A DNA stretch of 64,000 nucleotides from Promethearchaeia archaeon (GCA_029856155.1 JAHQWL010000040.1:1-64000); one strand, 5' to 3'; counted from the stretch's first letter, positions 38,155 to 49,507 are shown. The notes: generated by a model from the sequence alone, not told the origin. Made by a program: numbers and translations.

Positions 38155-39957
38155 CTATTTTGGTATTCCTTCTGAATCCCAACCTCTAATATTATAATAT
38201 TTCTCTAACATGTCTTTAAGGGGTGGTATATTCCCTTTTGTTCCTCCTTTAGGGATGGGAATTGAAAATCTTGTTCCGATTGAATCATCCTTTTTTGTAA
38301 TACCACATTTTATATTGTATTTTCTTTTTAAATTAAATAGATTTTCGCCAATACTTACCCAATCTTCAATTGTATAGGACCTCCCTGTGATTGCATTAAC
38401 AGCATCCACCCATGGACTGATCTCACTAGAATAAAAAAAGCCAAACATACATCCTCCTGTTGCTGTGTATGATTCGCAAGCATCTTGTATTTTTTTGACT
38501 GCATTTATGACTTCCTCACCTCCAGAAAATGCATCAATTCTTTCAGTAAGTCCTAATTCCTTTTTAAAATGTGTAGAAAATGATAAGTGAAATGGTTCAT
38601 AACCATGGTATGCCCCACGAGAAGATGTGGCGAAATCTAATGCTGTCATATTGTTCGAACGAGGTTCATGAGCAGGTACTTCAAGACCTTTTCCTTGTAT
38701 GTTAAGATCATCTGGTAAATTATTATTTTGACAAAATATCCGAACACCATCAGCCAAATCGTTCCCAATTTCTTTTCGAAATGCAATTAACTCGATTAAA
38801 TTTTCAATTGCTGAAGTGGCACCCCAAATAGTATATTGATTCTTTTCTGGATCTTTTTCAAACCCTAGACCATTATAGTCAATTTCAATTAATTTTCGCT
38901 CTACCGCTTCTAGAAAAACTCCAAGAACTCCACCAAGAGAAATGCAATCCATCCCTAAATCATTAACCATAATGTTCCATCTAATTAAAGCTTCTAAATC
39001 ATCCATATATAAATTGGAACCCAACATTCCCAAGAATTCATATTCAGGCCATTCCACCCATTCATTATTATACTTAATTTTTCCTCTACAAGCAGTCCAA
39101 CAATTGAAACAAGAATAATGTTGTATTTCATAGTTATCTTTTAGTGAATAAAATCCAATCTTTTTTGTTCCTTTCCATCGACTTAGTGTGAAATTCTTAA
39201 TCGGTACATCTCCCGCACTAACGTAATTATCCATATGTGCAGGAGTACCTACATCATGCATAACTACAGAAAAAGGTGTTGTTTTTGCTATTGTTCTTAT
39301 TCTTTGTGCCGCCTCCATTAATTTATCTTCATTATTGATAGGTACATCTTTAGTACCACGTATAACTATTGCCTTTAAATTTTTACTTCCCATTACTGCA
39401 CCCATACCGCAACGCCCTGCAGCATGACCTTTTTCGCTCATAATTGAAGCGAATTTAACAAGATTCTCTCCTGCTGGTCCTATTGAAGCAACTTTTACTT
39501 TATCATCACCGATTTCTTTCTTTAACAAATCTTCTGTTTCTCGGGTTCCTTTTCCCCATAATTCTGTAGCATCCCGAAATTCAACATTATCATTATGAAT
39601 CCATAAATAGACAGGATTCTCACTTTTTCTGCTAAATATAATATGATCATAACCTGCTTTCTTCAATTCATTTCCAAAAAAGCCACCAGCAGAAGATTCA
39701 CCTAAAATCTTGGTTAACGGGGATTTTGCCATAACAAAATGTCTACCACAGTATGGGACAGGAGTTCCACAAATTGGACCTAAAGAGAAGATAAGGAGAT
39801 TTTGAGCATCAAAAGGATCAATAGCGGGGGGAACTTCTTTGATAAAGATTGCAGCAGCTACTCCAGCCCCTCCAATATATTTTTCTTCTAATTCAGGATC
39901 TACAATTTCTGTAGTAAAGTTCTTAGCTTCTAAATCAATTCTTAATATTTTTCCCAT
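38155..39957 (-). CDS. aor: Aldehyde:ferredoxin oxidoreductase family (W/Mo pterin)
   Basis: KSPLT, SIGPAGENLV, AAGRCGMGAVMGSKNLKA, CFNCWTAC, DLGMD. Confidence 0.9.
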   Translation of the reverse strand: MGKILRIDLEAKNFTTEIVDPELEEKYIGGAGVAAAIFIKEVPPAIDPFDAQNLLIFSLGPICGTPVPYCGRHFVMAKSPLTKILGESSAGGFFGNELKKAGYDHIIFSRKSENPVYLWIHNDNVEFRDATELWGKGTRETEDLLKKEIGDDKVKVASIGPAGENLVKFASIMSEKGHAAGRCGMGAVMGSKNLKAIVIRGTKDVPINNEDKLMEAAQRIRTIAKTTPFSVVMHDVGTPAHMDNYVSAGDVPIKNFTLSRWKGTKKIGFYSLKDNYEIQHYSCFNCWTACRGKIKYNNEWVEWPEYEFLGMLGSNLYMDDLEALIRWNIMVNDLGMDCISLGGVLGVFLEAVERKLIEIDYNGLGFEKDPEKNQYTIWGATSAIENLIELIAFRKEIGNDLADGVRIFCQNNNLPDDLNIQGKGLEVPAHEPRSNNMTALDFATSSRGAYHGYEPFHLSFSTHFKKELGLTERIDAFSGGEEVINAVKKIQDACESYTATGGCMFGFFYSSEISPWVDAVNAITGRSYTIEDWVSIGENLFNLKRKYNIKCGITKKDDSIGTRFSIPIPKGGTKGNIPPLKDMLEKYYNIRGWDSEGIPK

Positions 39958-40066
39958 AGTTAATTCATCCTCATAATTAAAACTCTAACAATAATACTAT
40001 TGGATTTAATCATATTAAATAGTTTTTAATAGTTGATAATGAAGTTATTTCATTTATTTTTAAGAT

Positions 40067-40966
40067 TTAAAAATTATTATAATTAAAATCTGAAAAAAAT
40101 GATTTAATTTGGTCTTTTTTCTTACTAGAAAGCCATTCAGAATGATGATATGAAGGTTTGAAACCAATCTTTTCTGGTTTGGATAACCATAATGGATTGT
40201 ATGGTACAAATCCTATTCTCTTTATATGTAGAGTTTTTAAATAGCGTGCTAACTTACTTAAATTTTCTGATGTATCTGTTATATCAGGAATAAGGGGGAT
40301 TCTTGGTAGAACTTCTATATTTTGTTTATTAATTAAATTTTCAAAATTTTCCAAAATGCGCTCATTGGAAACTTTACAATATTGGGCGTGAAGATTAGGA
40401 TCGAACATCTTTAAATCAAAATAAATTAAATCAACATACGGTTGTATCAGCTCATCAAATTTATTTTTATTATATAACCCACATGTCTCAATACATATAT
40501 GGATCTCTTCTTTTTTAAGTTCTTTGAGTAGATTATGAACAAAATCCATATGGTAGAGAGGTTCTCCTCCAGAAAGGGTCACTCCTCCACCAGAATTATC
40601 ATAAAATACTTTGTCTTTTAAAATAATCTTCATTAATTCTTTGATTGTATACATTTTACCTACAAATTTTAAGGCATTATTAGGACAAAAATCTATACAA
40701 CGTCCACATAGGTTACATATCCTTCGATCTATACGATATTTATAATCGAATTTAATCGCATTTTGATTACATTCTTCTAAACATTTACCACATTCTGCAC
40801 ACAATTCCTTATCAAAATATAGTTCCATAAAAGGAGATTTTGCTTCTGGATTTTGACACCAAACGCAAGAAAGGGGACAACCTTTAAAAAAGATAAGTGT
40901 TCTAATTCCCGGACCATCATCTAACGCATTTCTTTTGATGTCTACTATAAGGGTTTTCTCTGTCAT
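40067..40966 (-). CDS. Glycyl-radical enzyme activase with 2x[4Fe-4S] insert
   Basis: DGPGIRT.IFFKGCPLSCVWCQNPE; CAECGKC; CNLCGRC; GGVTLSGGEP. Confidence 0.93.
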   Translation of the reverse strand: MTEKTLIVDIKRNALDDGPGIRTLIFFKGCPLSCVWCQNPEAKSPFMELYFDKELCAECGKCLEECNQNAIKFDYKYRIDRRICNLCGRCIDFCPNNALKFVGKMYTIKELMKIILKDKVFYDNSGGGVTLSGGEPLYHMDFVHNLLKELKKEEIHICIETCGLYNKNKFDELIQPYVDLIYFDLKMFDPNLHAQYCKVSNERILENFENLINKQNIEVLPRIPLIPDITDTSENLSKLARYLKTLHIKRIGFVPYNPLWLSKPEKIGFKPSYHHSEWLSSKKKDQIKSFFSDFNYNNF

Positions 40967-41011
40967 TATTTCAAGAAATAAAAATTAAAAAATAAAAATA
41001 TTGCATATTTG

Positions 41012-43975
41012 CTATCTTGAATGATATTCATGCCTTTCAATCAGTTCTAATTGCATGTTTTTATTAAGTTTTGTGAAATAAGCATTATATCCTGAGACTC
41101 TAACCAAGAGCCATCTATAATCAATCGGATTAGCCATCGCATCTCTCATAGTTTCCGAAGATACAACGTTAAATTGCCATTGCATCCCATTTAGATCAAA
41201 AAAGCTCTGGACATAGCTCGTGAAAAGATCTAGAGTTTGTTTATGGTCATCAGCTGGATGCGGAACAAGTTTCACATTATAAGAAGCATTATTTGCCATT
41301 TTTAAGAAGTCTAAAGCTGCAACACTTTGAATGCTCGGAAGTAAGATATCAGTGGTACCAGGTGCGGGAGTTAATCCTGGAGTTAACGCCTTTCCTTTCT
41401 TTCTACCCGATGGTAAAGCTCCAGTCAGCATTCCAAATCCCGTATGATAACTTATCGACCAGTAGCCTACCAGATATTTACCACCTCTATAATTTTCGAC
41501 AGAATTGTAAATATCATAACAAAAATCAATTATATCCTGAGCCATTTCAATGGTTCCATCCTCACCTGAACCAAATTTTGGAACTTGTTCTATTTTATGC
41601 AAAACGGACTCGTAACCTTCGAAGTTATTATCAATAGCATCCTTTAATGTAGCAAAATTAAATTCGTTTTTATTGTAGACTAAATCCTTAATGACTAGTA
41701 AACTATCAATTACATCCGTAAGTGCAACAAGTGCAACTCCCGAAGTATTATATACGGCGCCACCATTAATAAGATCCTTAGCTTTTTCTAAAGGACCTTC
41801 GTAAAAACTCGATAAAAGTGGTGTTGGATGTATATATCTATGTGATTCCCCCAAATAATTATTAATTTCAATTGATTGCTCTGCTAAATATTTGAGTTGA
41901 GTTTTATAAGCATTTAGGAAATCTTCAAATGTTATAAAATTGATACGAACATCGCCAGTTTCAATTCCCATTTTTTCTCCCGTTAATGGAATAATTCCGT
42001 TGTTCAATGCCATTTCTAAGGGAGCCACCAAGTTTAAAAGCATACAATTCGTATGACCATAATGTTTTCCTACAATGCTTGGCTCAACACATCCAGTTGC
42101 AGCCCAATCTCTAGCATCTTCTATAGTAAAACCTTCGTGAACCAATGCTTCAATCATAGTTCTATCATTATGAATGCTTGGAGATGCCCCCATGTTTACA
42201 TTTACTTCAGTTAAACGCCGTAAATATTCCTTTGAATTAATTCCAGAATAATATCTAGCATTCATATTAGGATCTTGGAAACCAAGCATCTCATTTGTCT
42301 TTAAAATAATAAAGCTCATATCATTCACAGCGTTATTTCCTTCTCTATCAACACCACCAACTGTCACAGTATCATCTGAAGAACTACCTCCGAAAAGTTT
42401 CCAACCCACATTTGGCATTAGTGGATCGTGGTCGTTAATTCTAATAAACAAGGATCCGACTAACTCAATTGCCTTACTTATGATTTGTTCTTTTTCATTG
42501 TCATTTTTAGCTTTCTCAATCTCTTTTAAAAAGAATGGTTGGAGCATTTGATCTAATCTACCAATTGATAAAGCAGAATTAGCATTTTCACAATGTAAAC
42601 AAACAAAACTCGTCCAAATTGACTGTATTGCTTCTTGAAGCGTTTCTGCTGGTTTTCCTGGTACTTTCGCACATATTCTAGAAATTTCCTTTAATTCTTC
42701 AATTCTTTTTGCTTGTTGTGGTTCATTTGGATCCAAAGATTCAGCAATTCTTATTGCTTCTTCACTCAGATTTTTAGAATATGTTAAAACACCATCTATC
42801 GCTATTTGAATTGCCTTATAGAAATTTTTTTTCTCTTTTGAATCCACTTCTTTTTCTAATTTTTCAGCTTTATGTTTTACACTTTCTAATCCTTCGTTTA
42901 TAACCATTGGAAAACCCGGGACTGTATGGCTGATGGCATTGGTTTTCATCATAAAATAAAATACCCAGCCTTCTTCTAAAGCTTGAGATTTGGGATTATC
43001 GAATTTTTTACGGCAGTATTCTCTCACGTTCCGTTCCATCCAATAAGGAAAAACCTCTAGACTTAAAATTTCTGCATCTTTATCGGAAATATCGTTAGGA
43101 TTTAGCTCGCGTTCACCAATCGTTTTCAGTTCAGGCCAAATAGCTGTCGCAATAAGTTCAGGATACATCGGGATCCCAACTTCTTTTGATGTAGTAGAAC
43201 CAGCAATCAGATGTCTATCATGAATTATAGGTTTTTTATTAGACATTATGTAATTTACTGCTCCTGCTTGTCGTAATTCTGGATCTAGTGGATTTCCAGA
43301 ACTATCTTCCTCGAACCCATTTTCCCTATGATATTGTGTTACTAATTTAGCCCTTTCAACACATATTGCTGGTTTTAAGGCAAAACGCCGGTTTTTTAAA
43401 TATTTTAAACGTGGAAAATCCTCCAAAGAGTATTTTGCTAGATAAGGATCTTCTAATACCTCAACTTTATCAACCTTTCGATTCAAACTTTCATTCTTAA
43501 GCCTTCTACTCTTTTCTCCACTATCAATATTCTCAATTGGATATATTATTCGGTTTTCAGGACCTTTATAATCCTTGATCTTAGCTCCCATAACGAGCGA
43601 TGTGAGATAAGAAAACTTCGTAAGGTAAGACATGTTTCCAATATATCCCATCTCGTTTGTTAAAAGATAATTAAGCGATTCTTCAGCACTCTTGCTATAG
43701 AGATTTGCCAAAGTCTCTTTATCCTTATAATATATAGTGATATTAGGATCATCAATTTTTCCATCTGCCACAGTCATCTTTCCATCTTTAAAAATCACGT
43801 GAACATTAAATGCATCATCTTTAGTTGTAAATTGATACTTGGCATTAAAGATGAAGCCGGTTTTTTCATTATATATCTCTCTACGCATTTTTCTGCGAGT
43901 ATCAAATATCATTGCCAGTAAATTTAACTGATCTTTGAAATTTTCAAGCTCTTTATCAATTTCTAATTCATTCAT
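41012..43975 (-). CDS. Glycyl-radical enzyme (dehydratase/eliminase-like) with N-terminal SCP2-like domain
   Basis: TGCVEP thiyl loop; RVSGY glycyl loop; N-terminal ~140 aa with SCP2-like pattern. Confidence 0.88.
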   Translation of the reverse strand: MNELEIDKELENFKDQLNLLAMIFDTRRKMRREIYNEKTGFIFNAKYQFTTKDDAFNVHVIFKDGKMTVADGKIDDPNITIYYKDKETLANLYSKSAEESLNYLLTNEMGYIGNMSYLTKFSYLTSLVMGAKIKDYKGPENRIIYPIENIDSGEKSRRLKNESLNRKVDKVEVLEDPYLAKYSLEDFPRLKYLKNRRFALKPAICVERAKLVTQYHRENGFEEDSSGNPLDPELRQAGAVNYIMSNKKPIIHDRHLIAGSTTSKEVGIPMYPELIATAIWPELKTIGERELNPNDISDKDAEILSLEVFPYWMERNVREYCRKKFDNPKSQALEEGWVFYFMMKTNAISHTVPGFPMVINEGLESVKHKAEKLEKEVDSKEKKNFYKAIQIAIDGVLTYSKNLSEEAIRIAESLDPNEPQQAKRIEELKEISRICAKVPGKPAETLQEAIQSIWTSFVCLHCENANSALSIGRLDQMLQPFFLKEIEKAKNDNEKEQIISKAIELVGSLFIRINDHDPLMPNVGWKLFGGSSSDDTVTVGGVDREGNNAVNDMSFIILKTNEMLGFQDPNMNARYYSGINSKEYLRRLTEVNVNMGASPSIHNDRTMIEALVHEGFTIEDARDWAATGCVEPSIVGKHYGHTNCMLLNLVAPLEMALNNGIIPLTGEKMGIETGDVRINFITFEDFLNAYKTQLKYLAEQSIEINNYLGESHRYIHPTPLLSSFYEGPLEKAKDLINGGAVYNTSGVALVALTDVIDSLLVIKDLVYNKNEFNFATLKDAIDNNFEGYESVLHKIEQVPKFGSGEDGTIEMAQDIIDFCYDIYNSVENYRGGKYLVGYWSISYHTGFGMLTGALPSGRKKGKALTPGLTPAPGTTDILLPSIQSVAALDFLKMANNASYNVKLVPHPADDHKQTLDLFTSYVQSFFDLNGMQWQFNVVSSETMRDAMANPIDYRWLLVRVSGYNAYFTKLNKNMQLELIERHEYHSR

Positions 43976-44126
43976 CTCATTTCTCTCAAATCTGTAGATT
44001 TATAGATCTTATTTTAAGATTAAACTTCTGATATTATAATGTATTTTATTCATTAATTATTTATATCTTTAGTATTAAACTAAAGAGTAGAGTTTACTAA
44101 TTTTAATTCTTTAATAAAAAAGTCTT

Positions 44127-47102
44127 TTATTTATCTTTGTTTTTGATATAATTGTTTTTTATATATTGTAAAACTTCTGCTGAAGTAACTCCTTTTTTTG
44201 TTATTAGGACTTGGCCAAAATCGTTTTTTCCTCCTCCTTTTCCATTGAAATGTTTTTTTATTGCTGATACAATATTACCGATATTAATATCTGATTCTAT
44301 TGATGATTTACTCCCTGACATACCCATAAGCATTATACCTTTTTCACTTTGATTTGATATAAATGTAATTGTAGTAGGATCTTTCTTTAAAATGTTTTGA
44401 CTCAAATTTTTTACATCATTTTGAGTTAAATCTTCTGTAGATTCAAAAATTAATTTAGCATTATGATACAATTGAGCATTTTCTATCCGTTTTTCAATTA
44501 ACTCATCGCTAAACAAGTCCTTGATTGTAGATAACTTTTGTTTTCCTTCTTTCCATTCATTGTATAGTTTTTGAATTTTATTTGATACATCATCTTTTTT
44601 AGTACTTAAAACTTGAGAAATTTCTGATAACACATCACCTTCAAACGTTTCAGAGGAGATTAATTGTAAATCTCTCTCATCTACATTACCAGTTTTTAAC
44701 GCTTTGTTTACATTTTTCCATTTTTCAAGTATTTCTTTTACACGTCCAACAAGTTGCTTGCGATCAACATTTAAAATCTCTTTTAATTCATTAAGAATTC
44801 TTTTATGTTTTTCTTTTAATTTATTTGTAGCCTCTCCAGCTACAAAAGTAAGCCTGACTATTCCATCTTGAATCTTTTGTGATCTAGTAATATGGATATA
44901 ACCTGTTTCTGAAGTATTATTTAAATGTGTGCCCCCACAAGCTTCAACATCAACCCCAGGTATTTCAACAATTCTTAAATATTTTCCTGGCACTGCACCT
45001 CCTTGATAAATCGTCATTCCATATTTTTGTTCTGCTTCAGCACGAGGGATGAAACTGAGATTAAGATCTATTCCTTCTTCAACTATCTGATTTGCTTTCT
45101 TTTCAATTTCAAGAAGTTTATCTCTTGGAATTTGTTCATAGTGGGTTATATCCAAATGAGAGTTTTTAAGTGTTTTTTTAGCTCCTGCTTGATTCACGTG
45201 GCTTCCTAAAACATCTCGTGCTGCGGCATTTACAATGTGAGTAGCAGTGTGATGTTGGGAGAGTTGAGTACGCCACTGCTTATCAACTTCTACTTTAACG
45301 ATATCTCCCTCCTTAAAATTAGGTTTTTCATCTAAAACATGAATCGTATAGTTCCCTTGTTTAAAAGCATCAGAGAATTTTTGTCCATTAATCGTACCTA
45401 CATCATGAAGTTGTCCTCCAGAAGTAGGGTATACTACTGTTTTATCCAAAACAACCATTTTATCAATGATTTTCAATACTTTCGCTTCATTAGAAGTCTC
45501 AGTATAGTCATAATAATAGAGTGATTTTGTTTCAGGAATTCCCTCTAAATCTAATTCCACTTCCTTTCCTGTTGCATGGATTTGTTCGGTTATTTCATGT
45601 CGTTGGACTACTAAATTATAAAAATCGTCTGGAATGTTTACTTTTATCCCAAATTTTTTAGCTGTTGATTTTACCATATCGGGACTTATGCCATTAGAAT
45701 CATATAGTTCTATTAGAGTGTCAGTGGATATATCTCCTTTTTTCAATAATTTTTCTAAAATTTTTCCTGCTTTTTGCTTAGTTACATAAAATTTCTGCCT
45801 CTCAACATCTAGAATTTCTCGAATTTCATTTAAATGTTCTGAAACCTCAGGGAAGATTCCCTTTAATTCTTCAGCATGCCATTGGCAGACATCGGTTATA
45901 TCAATTTCCCAATTAAATTTATCTATAAAACTTATGGCACGACGAAATATTACTCTTAAATTATATCCTCCACCGACATTTGAGGGAAGTTTTCCATCAT
46001 TTATTGCAAAAAGTAAGCTACGTGCATGTTCAGCGATTGAGTAAAGTGCCGTCATTGGTAATATTTTATGTTTTAATTCCCTTAATCCAATTTTTAATTC
46101 TTTCGCAACGCGATTCCAAGCTTCATCCATATCATCAACTTCATCTACATTTAAAAATGCTGAAAATCGTGAAAACTGATTATATAATACTAAATCTAAC
46201 TCAATTTTTGTGATTTCTCTTAATTTTGATAAAACCAATGGAAAAATGGCTTCATACATGTTAGGAGTGCCTTGAGAAAACCATGCTACACGGTCTTGCC
46301 CAAGTCCCATGTCAAGAACTTTAAGTTTAAGTTCACGTGGCCCTTCAGGAGTTTGTTCAAACATAGTATAAACTTGATTAAATAGCTCTACTCCTCTACT
46401 GAAGAATTCAAGGCTACACCCAAAAGAGCCCCCACCTGCCCATGAATCTTCATGTATAGTTATTTCTTCCTTTGGTAGACCAACACCTTCATGAATAAAA
46501 TCATGTATATCCATAAAAAGTTCTCCTTGATTCCATTCTTCAGGTGGTACAAACGTATGCTGCCCTATCATAACAAAACCAGTATTATGAGAACCCGTTA
46601 TTCCAACATTTTCAATATCATTGAATCTTAAACAAAATTGAGGGATTATCAGCTTTTTAGCGGGGGGCTCTACTTCTCCCGTAATAACATATGGTTGAAA
46701 CGCTGATATTGATGCGATTGTAAATTCAGAAGTCGGATTCCATCGAGCTACACAAGGATATCTTTTAATTGGGACATATCCTCTTGGTTCTAAAATCTCA
46801 ACGATTTTCTCCCAAACTCCAATAAAAGTTAATTTAATTTTAGAAGGGTTATCTATAACTACTTGAAAACCTCCTGAACACGCAGGATCTCCACATACTT
46901 CCCTTTCTTTAAGTGTTGTCCAAAAATATCCTCCGCAACATTCACAATTTTTTCTCATATATCCTAATTTTCTAAGCTCCTTAGTAGGAAAGTAGACATC
47001 AGGATTTCTTGAGGCTATTTTTTTAAATATTTGTTTTAATTCCTTATCAGTGTGAGCATCCTTTAGTTCTAATTTTTCTTTATCTGTGAGCACTTTAATC
47101 AA
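44127..47102 (-). CDS. alaS: Alanine--tRNA ligase, archaeal type
   Basis: N-terminal Cys cluster, TIASISAFQP, editing HHTATH and EACGGTH, C-terminal GKGGG. Confidence 0.95.
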   Translation of the reverse strand: MIKVLTDKEKLELKDAHTDKELKQIFKKIASRNPDVYFPTKELRKLGYMRKNCECCGGYFWTTLKEREVCGDPACSGGFQVVIDNPSKIKLTFIGVWEKIVEILEPRGYVPIKRYPCVARWNPTSEFTIASISAFQPYVITGEVEPPAKKLIIPQFCLRFNDIENVGITGSHNTGFVMIGQHTFVPPEEWNQGELFMDIHDFIHEGVGLPKEEITIHEDSWAGGGSFGCSLEFFSRGVELFNQVYTMFEQTPEGPRELKLKVLDMGLGQDRVAWFSQGTPNMYEAIFPLVLSKLREITKIELDLVLYNQFSRFSAFLNVDEVDDMDEAWNRVAKELKIGLRELKHKILPMTALYSIAEHARSLLFAINDGKLPSNVGGGYNLRVIFRRAISFIDKFNWEIDITDVCQWHAEELKGIFPEVSEHLNEIREILDVERQKFYVTKQKAGKILEKLLKKGDISTDTLIELYDSNGISPDMVKSTAKKFGIKVNIPDDFYNLVVQRHEITEQIHATGKEVELDLEGIPETKSLYYYDYTETSNEAKVLKIIDKMVVLDKTVVYPTSGGQLHDVGTINGQKFSDAFKQGNYTIHVLDEKPNFKEGDIVKVEVDKQWRTQLSQHHTATHIVNAAARDVLGSHVNQAGAKKTLKNSHLDITHYEQIPRDKLLEIEKKANQIVEEGIDLNLSFIPRAEAEQKYGMTIYQGGAVPGKYLRIVEIPGVDVEACGGTHLNNTSETGYIHITRSQKIQDGIVRLTFVAGEATNKLKEKHKRILNELKEILNVDRKQLVGRVKEILEKWKNVNKALKTGNVDERDLQLISSETFEGDVLSEISQVLSTKKDDVSNKIQKLYNEWKEGKQKLSTIKDLFSDELIEKRIENAQLYHNAKLIFESTEDLTQNDVKNLSQNILKKDPTTITFISNQSEKGIMLMGMSGSKSSIESDINIGNIVSAIKKHFNGKGGGKNDFGQVLITKKGVTSAEVLQYIKNNYIKNKDK

Positions 47103-47234
47103 ATTATGATAATCAAAACTATTTTATAAAACATTTAAAAGAATTATGATTCTCCTATAATAATTTCATCTAATATTTTCTTTCTTAACAATTTTATTAT
47201 CACTCTCTTGATTAATCTTCCGATAAATTATATA

Positions 47235-48338
47235 TTACTTTACCATTAGATAAGATCCTAATATTTTATACCAAATTACATTTTCATTTAACTTATCAAG
47301 AATTTTTTTTATTTTTGGATCATCTTTATCTCCTTCAAAGTCCATCAGAAAAATGTACTCCCAACGACCTCTTCTTCTTGGTCGAGATTCTATTTTTGAT
47401 AAATTGATATTTGCATCAGCAAAGATTTTTAAAACGCCGTATAAAGCGCCTGGAACGTGTTTAGTAATAAATATCAGAGATGTTTTAACTTTACCTTCTT
47501 TTTGATCGTTTTCTTTTTTTGAAATTATTAAAAATCTTGTAAAATTAACTGTATTATCTTCAATTTTAGAGCTTAAAACTTTCAATCCATATTTTTTACT
47601 TGAGAATTCTGTTCCAATAGCAACATAAGAATCATCATTTAATTCACTTACTCTTTGGGCAGCTTCTGCTGTAGAATTGACATTAATTAATTCTGCATTG
47701 GGCATATTTGTTTTAATCCACATTCTAGTTTGAGCAAAAGCTTGGGGGTGAGAAATTATATGTCTAATTTGTGATAAACTAGAATCTTTTGTTGACAATA
47801 AGTTGTGAATAATCCTAATCTCTATTTCCCCATAAATAACGAGATCCTTCTCAATTAATAAATCCAGAGTCTCTCTAACAGTTCCCTGGAGACTATTTTC
47901 TATTGGGATAACACCATAGTTTACTAAATCCTTCTCAACATTTTTAAAAATTTCTGATATAGAATTAAATGGTAAGAATTGTGTAGCAGCTTTTGGAAAG
48001 TATTCTAATGCAGCTTGGTGAGTAAATGTCCCCTTTGGGCCTAGATATCCAACTTTAATCATACTGCCTTGGATGAGTTTACAAGCGCTGATAATTTCTT
48101 TCCAAATCGCCTCTATACTCATCGGTTTTAATATTGTTGATTTTTGTTTAATTAACTCTATTATCTCCTTCTCTGTCTTCAGTTGATGAATTTCTATTCT
48201 TAATTCTTTTTTGAGATCCCCGATTTTTTGAGCAATTTTTCCTCTTTCATTTAAAAGTTCAATGAGTTTGTTATCAATTTTGTAGATCTCCTTTCGAAAT
48301 TCCTCTAATTCCAATTTGAATAAGTCTAGATCTTTCAT
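47235..48338 (-). CDS. pheA: Chorismate mutase/prephenate dehydratase
   Basis: CM domain, LGPKGTF, PIENS, SHPQA, NFTRF, ACT domain IESRP. Confidence 0.93.
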   Translation of the reverse strand: MKDLDLFKLELEEFRKEIYKIDNKLIELLNERGKIAQKIGDLKKELRIEIHQLKTEKEIIELIKQKSTILKPMSIEAIWKEIISACKLIQGSMIKVGYLGPKGTFTHQAALEYFPKAATQFLPFNSISEIFKNVEKDLVNYGVIPIENSLQGTVRETLDLLIEKDLVIYGEIEIRIIHNLLSTKDSSLSQIRHIISHPQAFAQTRMWIKTNMPNAELINVNSTAEAAQRVSELNDDSYVAIGTEFSSKKYGLKVLSSKIEDNTVNFTRFLIISKKENDQKEGKVKTSLIFITKHVPGALYGVLKIFADANINLSKIESRPRRRGRWEYIFLMDFEGDKDDPKIKKILDKLNENVIWYKILGSYLMVK

Positions 48339-48634
48339 TTGTTATTTTTTATATATTACTAAAAATTAAATCATTGATTATTTACATTTAATATTAATTT
48401 TTATTAAACTCAATAGTAAAAAGAACTTCTAGATTATAACTTTAATACAAACGATTCTTTTTAAAATAAAAATTTTATTTCTTAACAATTTTAGTATGCA
48501 ATTTCTGGATAAATCCTTTATCAGAGAGCAGATTCCTTGCCAATACTACTCTACTGATAAAACTTAAATACTATTGTATAAATATTTACTCACGAAGAAA
48601 TCTAATTTTAATTATATAAAGAGGTTGAAATCAA

Positions 48635-48937
48635 ATGGCTCATATTTTAGTTACAGGTTGGACTCCACAGTCCCAAGGAAACAAAATGATAAAAGTATAT
48701 ACGTCAAAAGATAAACCCGCATACCCCGATTTTATAAAAAAAGTACAGCATTGGTTGGCAATGTCTTCAGAGGGGATGATTAAAACTTATGCCGTGTACG
48801 AATGTCCAGATGATAAAATATTAGAAGGATTAAAAGCAATTGGCAGAAGATACACTTTATATGCTCAAATAGAGGGTTACAAATACTATCCTGAAGTACT
48901 ATTTGATGCTCAAGAAATAATCAAAATGTTTCTTTAA
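48635..48937 (+). CDS. Hypothetical protein
   Basis: 100-aa ORF with GAGGT SD and T-rich downstream tract. Confidence 0.75.
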   Translation: MAHILVTGWTPQSQGNKMIKVYTSKDKPAYPDFIKKVQHWLAMSSEGMIKTYAVYECPDDKILEGLKAIGRRYTLYAQIEGYKYYPEVLFDAQEIIKMFL

Positions 48938-48961
48938 TTTTTATAAATTTCTTTTTTTTTT

Positions 48962-49408
48962 TTATAGTACGAGAGTCTGAAGTCGTGAATATCCTTTTTT
49001 CACAAAATCATAATTAAGTAATTCAATTTTTTCAGGGATTATTTTCAAGAGTAATTTCCTCCTCCCTCGAACAATTTTTTGAGCTTTTTTGAATTCTTCA
49101 TTTCCTTCTTTTAGAAATATCAACCTTTCTTTACCTATAGCGGTAATTTGCATACCTTGTATTTTTCCTTCAGACATAGGAGTATATATACCAATACTAA
49201 TAATTGGGTTTTCTTCTATATTCTTAACTTTCCTTCCCGGAGCTGGCCCTACATAAATATTAAAACTATCTTTCTCTGTATAGAAATCCATTGGAGTCGC
49301 ACGAGGAATATTATTGCTACAAGTACAGAGAACTAATACCTTTCTATTATCTAAAAAGTTACGAATTTCTATCTTTAATTCTTCTTTAGGCATATCTTTA
49401 TTATTCAT
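48962..49408 (-). CDS. Pyridoxamine 5'-phosphate oxidase-like FMN-binding protein
   Basis: LCT...PRATP...RKVKNIEENP.ISI. Confidence 0.8.
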   Translation of the reverse strand: MNNKDMPKEELKIEIRNFLDNRKVLVLCTCSNNIPRATPMDFYTEKDSFNIYVGPAPGRKVKNIEENPIISIGIYTPMSEGKIQGMQITAIGKERLIFLKEGNEEFKKAQKIVRGRRKLLLKIIPEKIELLNYDFVKKGYSRLQTLVL

Positions 49409-49507
49409 TTTCTCTATCGCTAAATTATATAATTTAAATCATAAATGAAAATGAACAAATGAAAATAAATGTTTAATGAATAGTAAAAAAGATCCGATTT
49501 TTTCGCC

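Noticed and set aside
41012-43975. Annotation as pyruvate formate-lyase or alkyl/benzylsuccinate synthase
   Set aside because: Single-Cys GCVE loop rather than the PFL Cys-Cys pair; no small accessory subunits of fumarate-adding enzymes in the window
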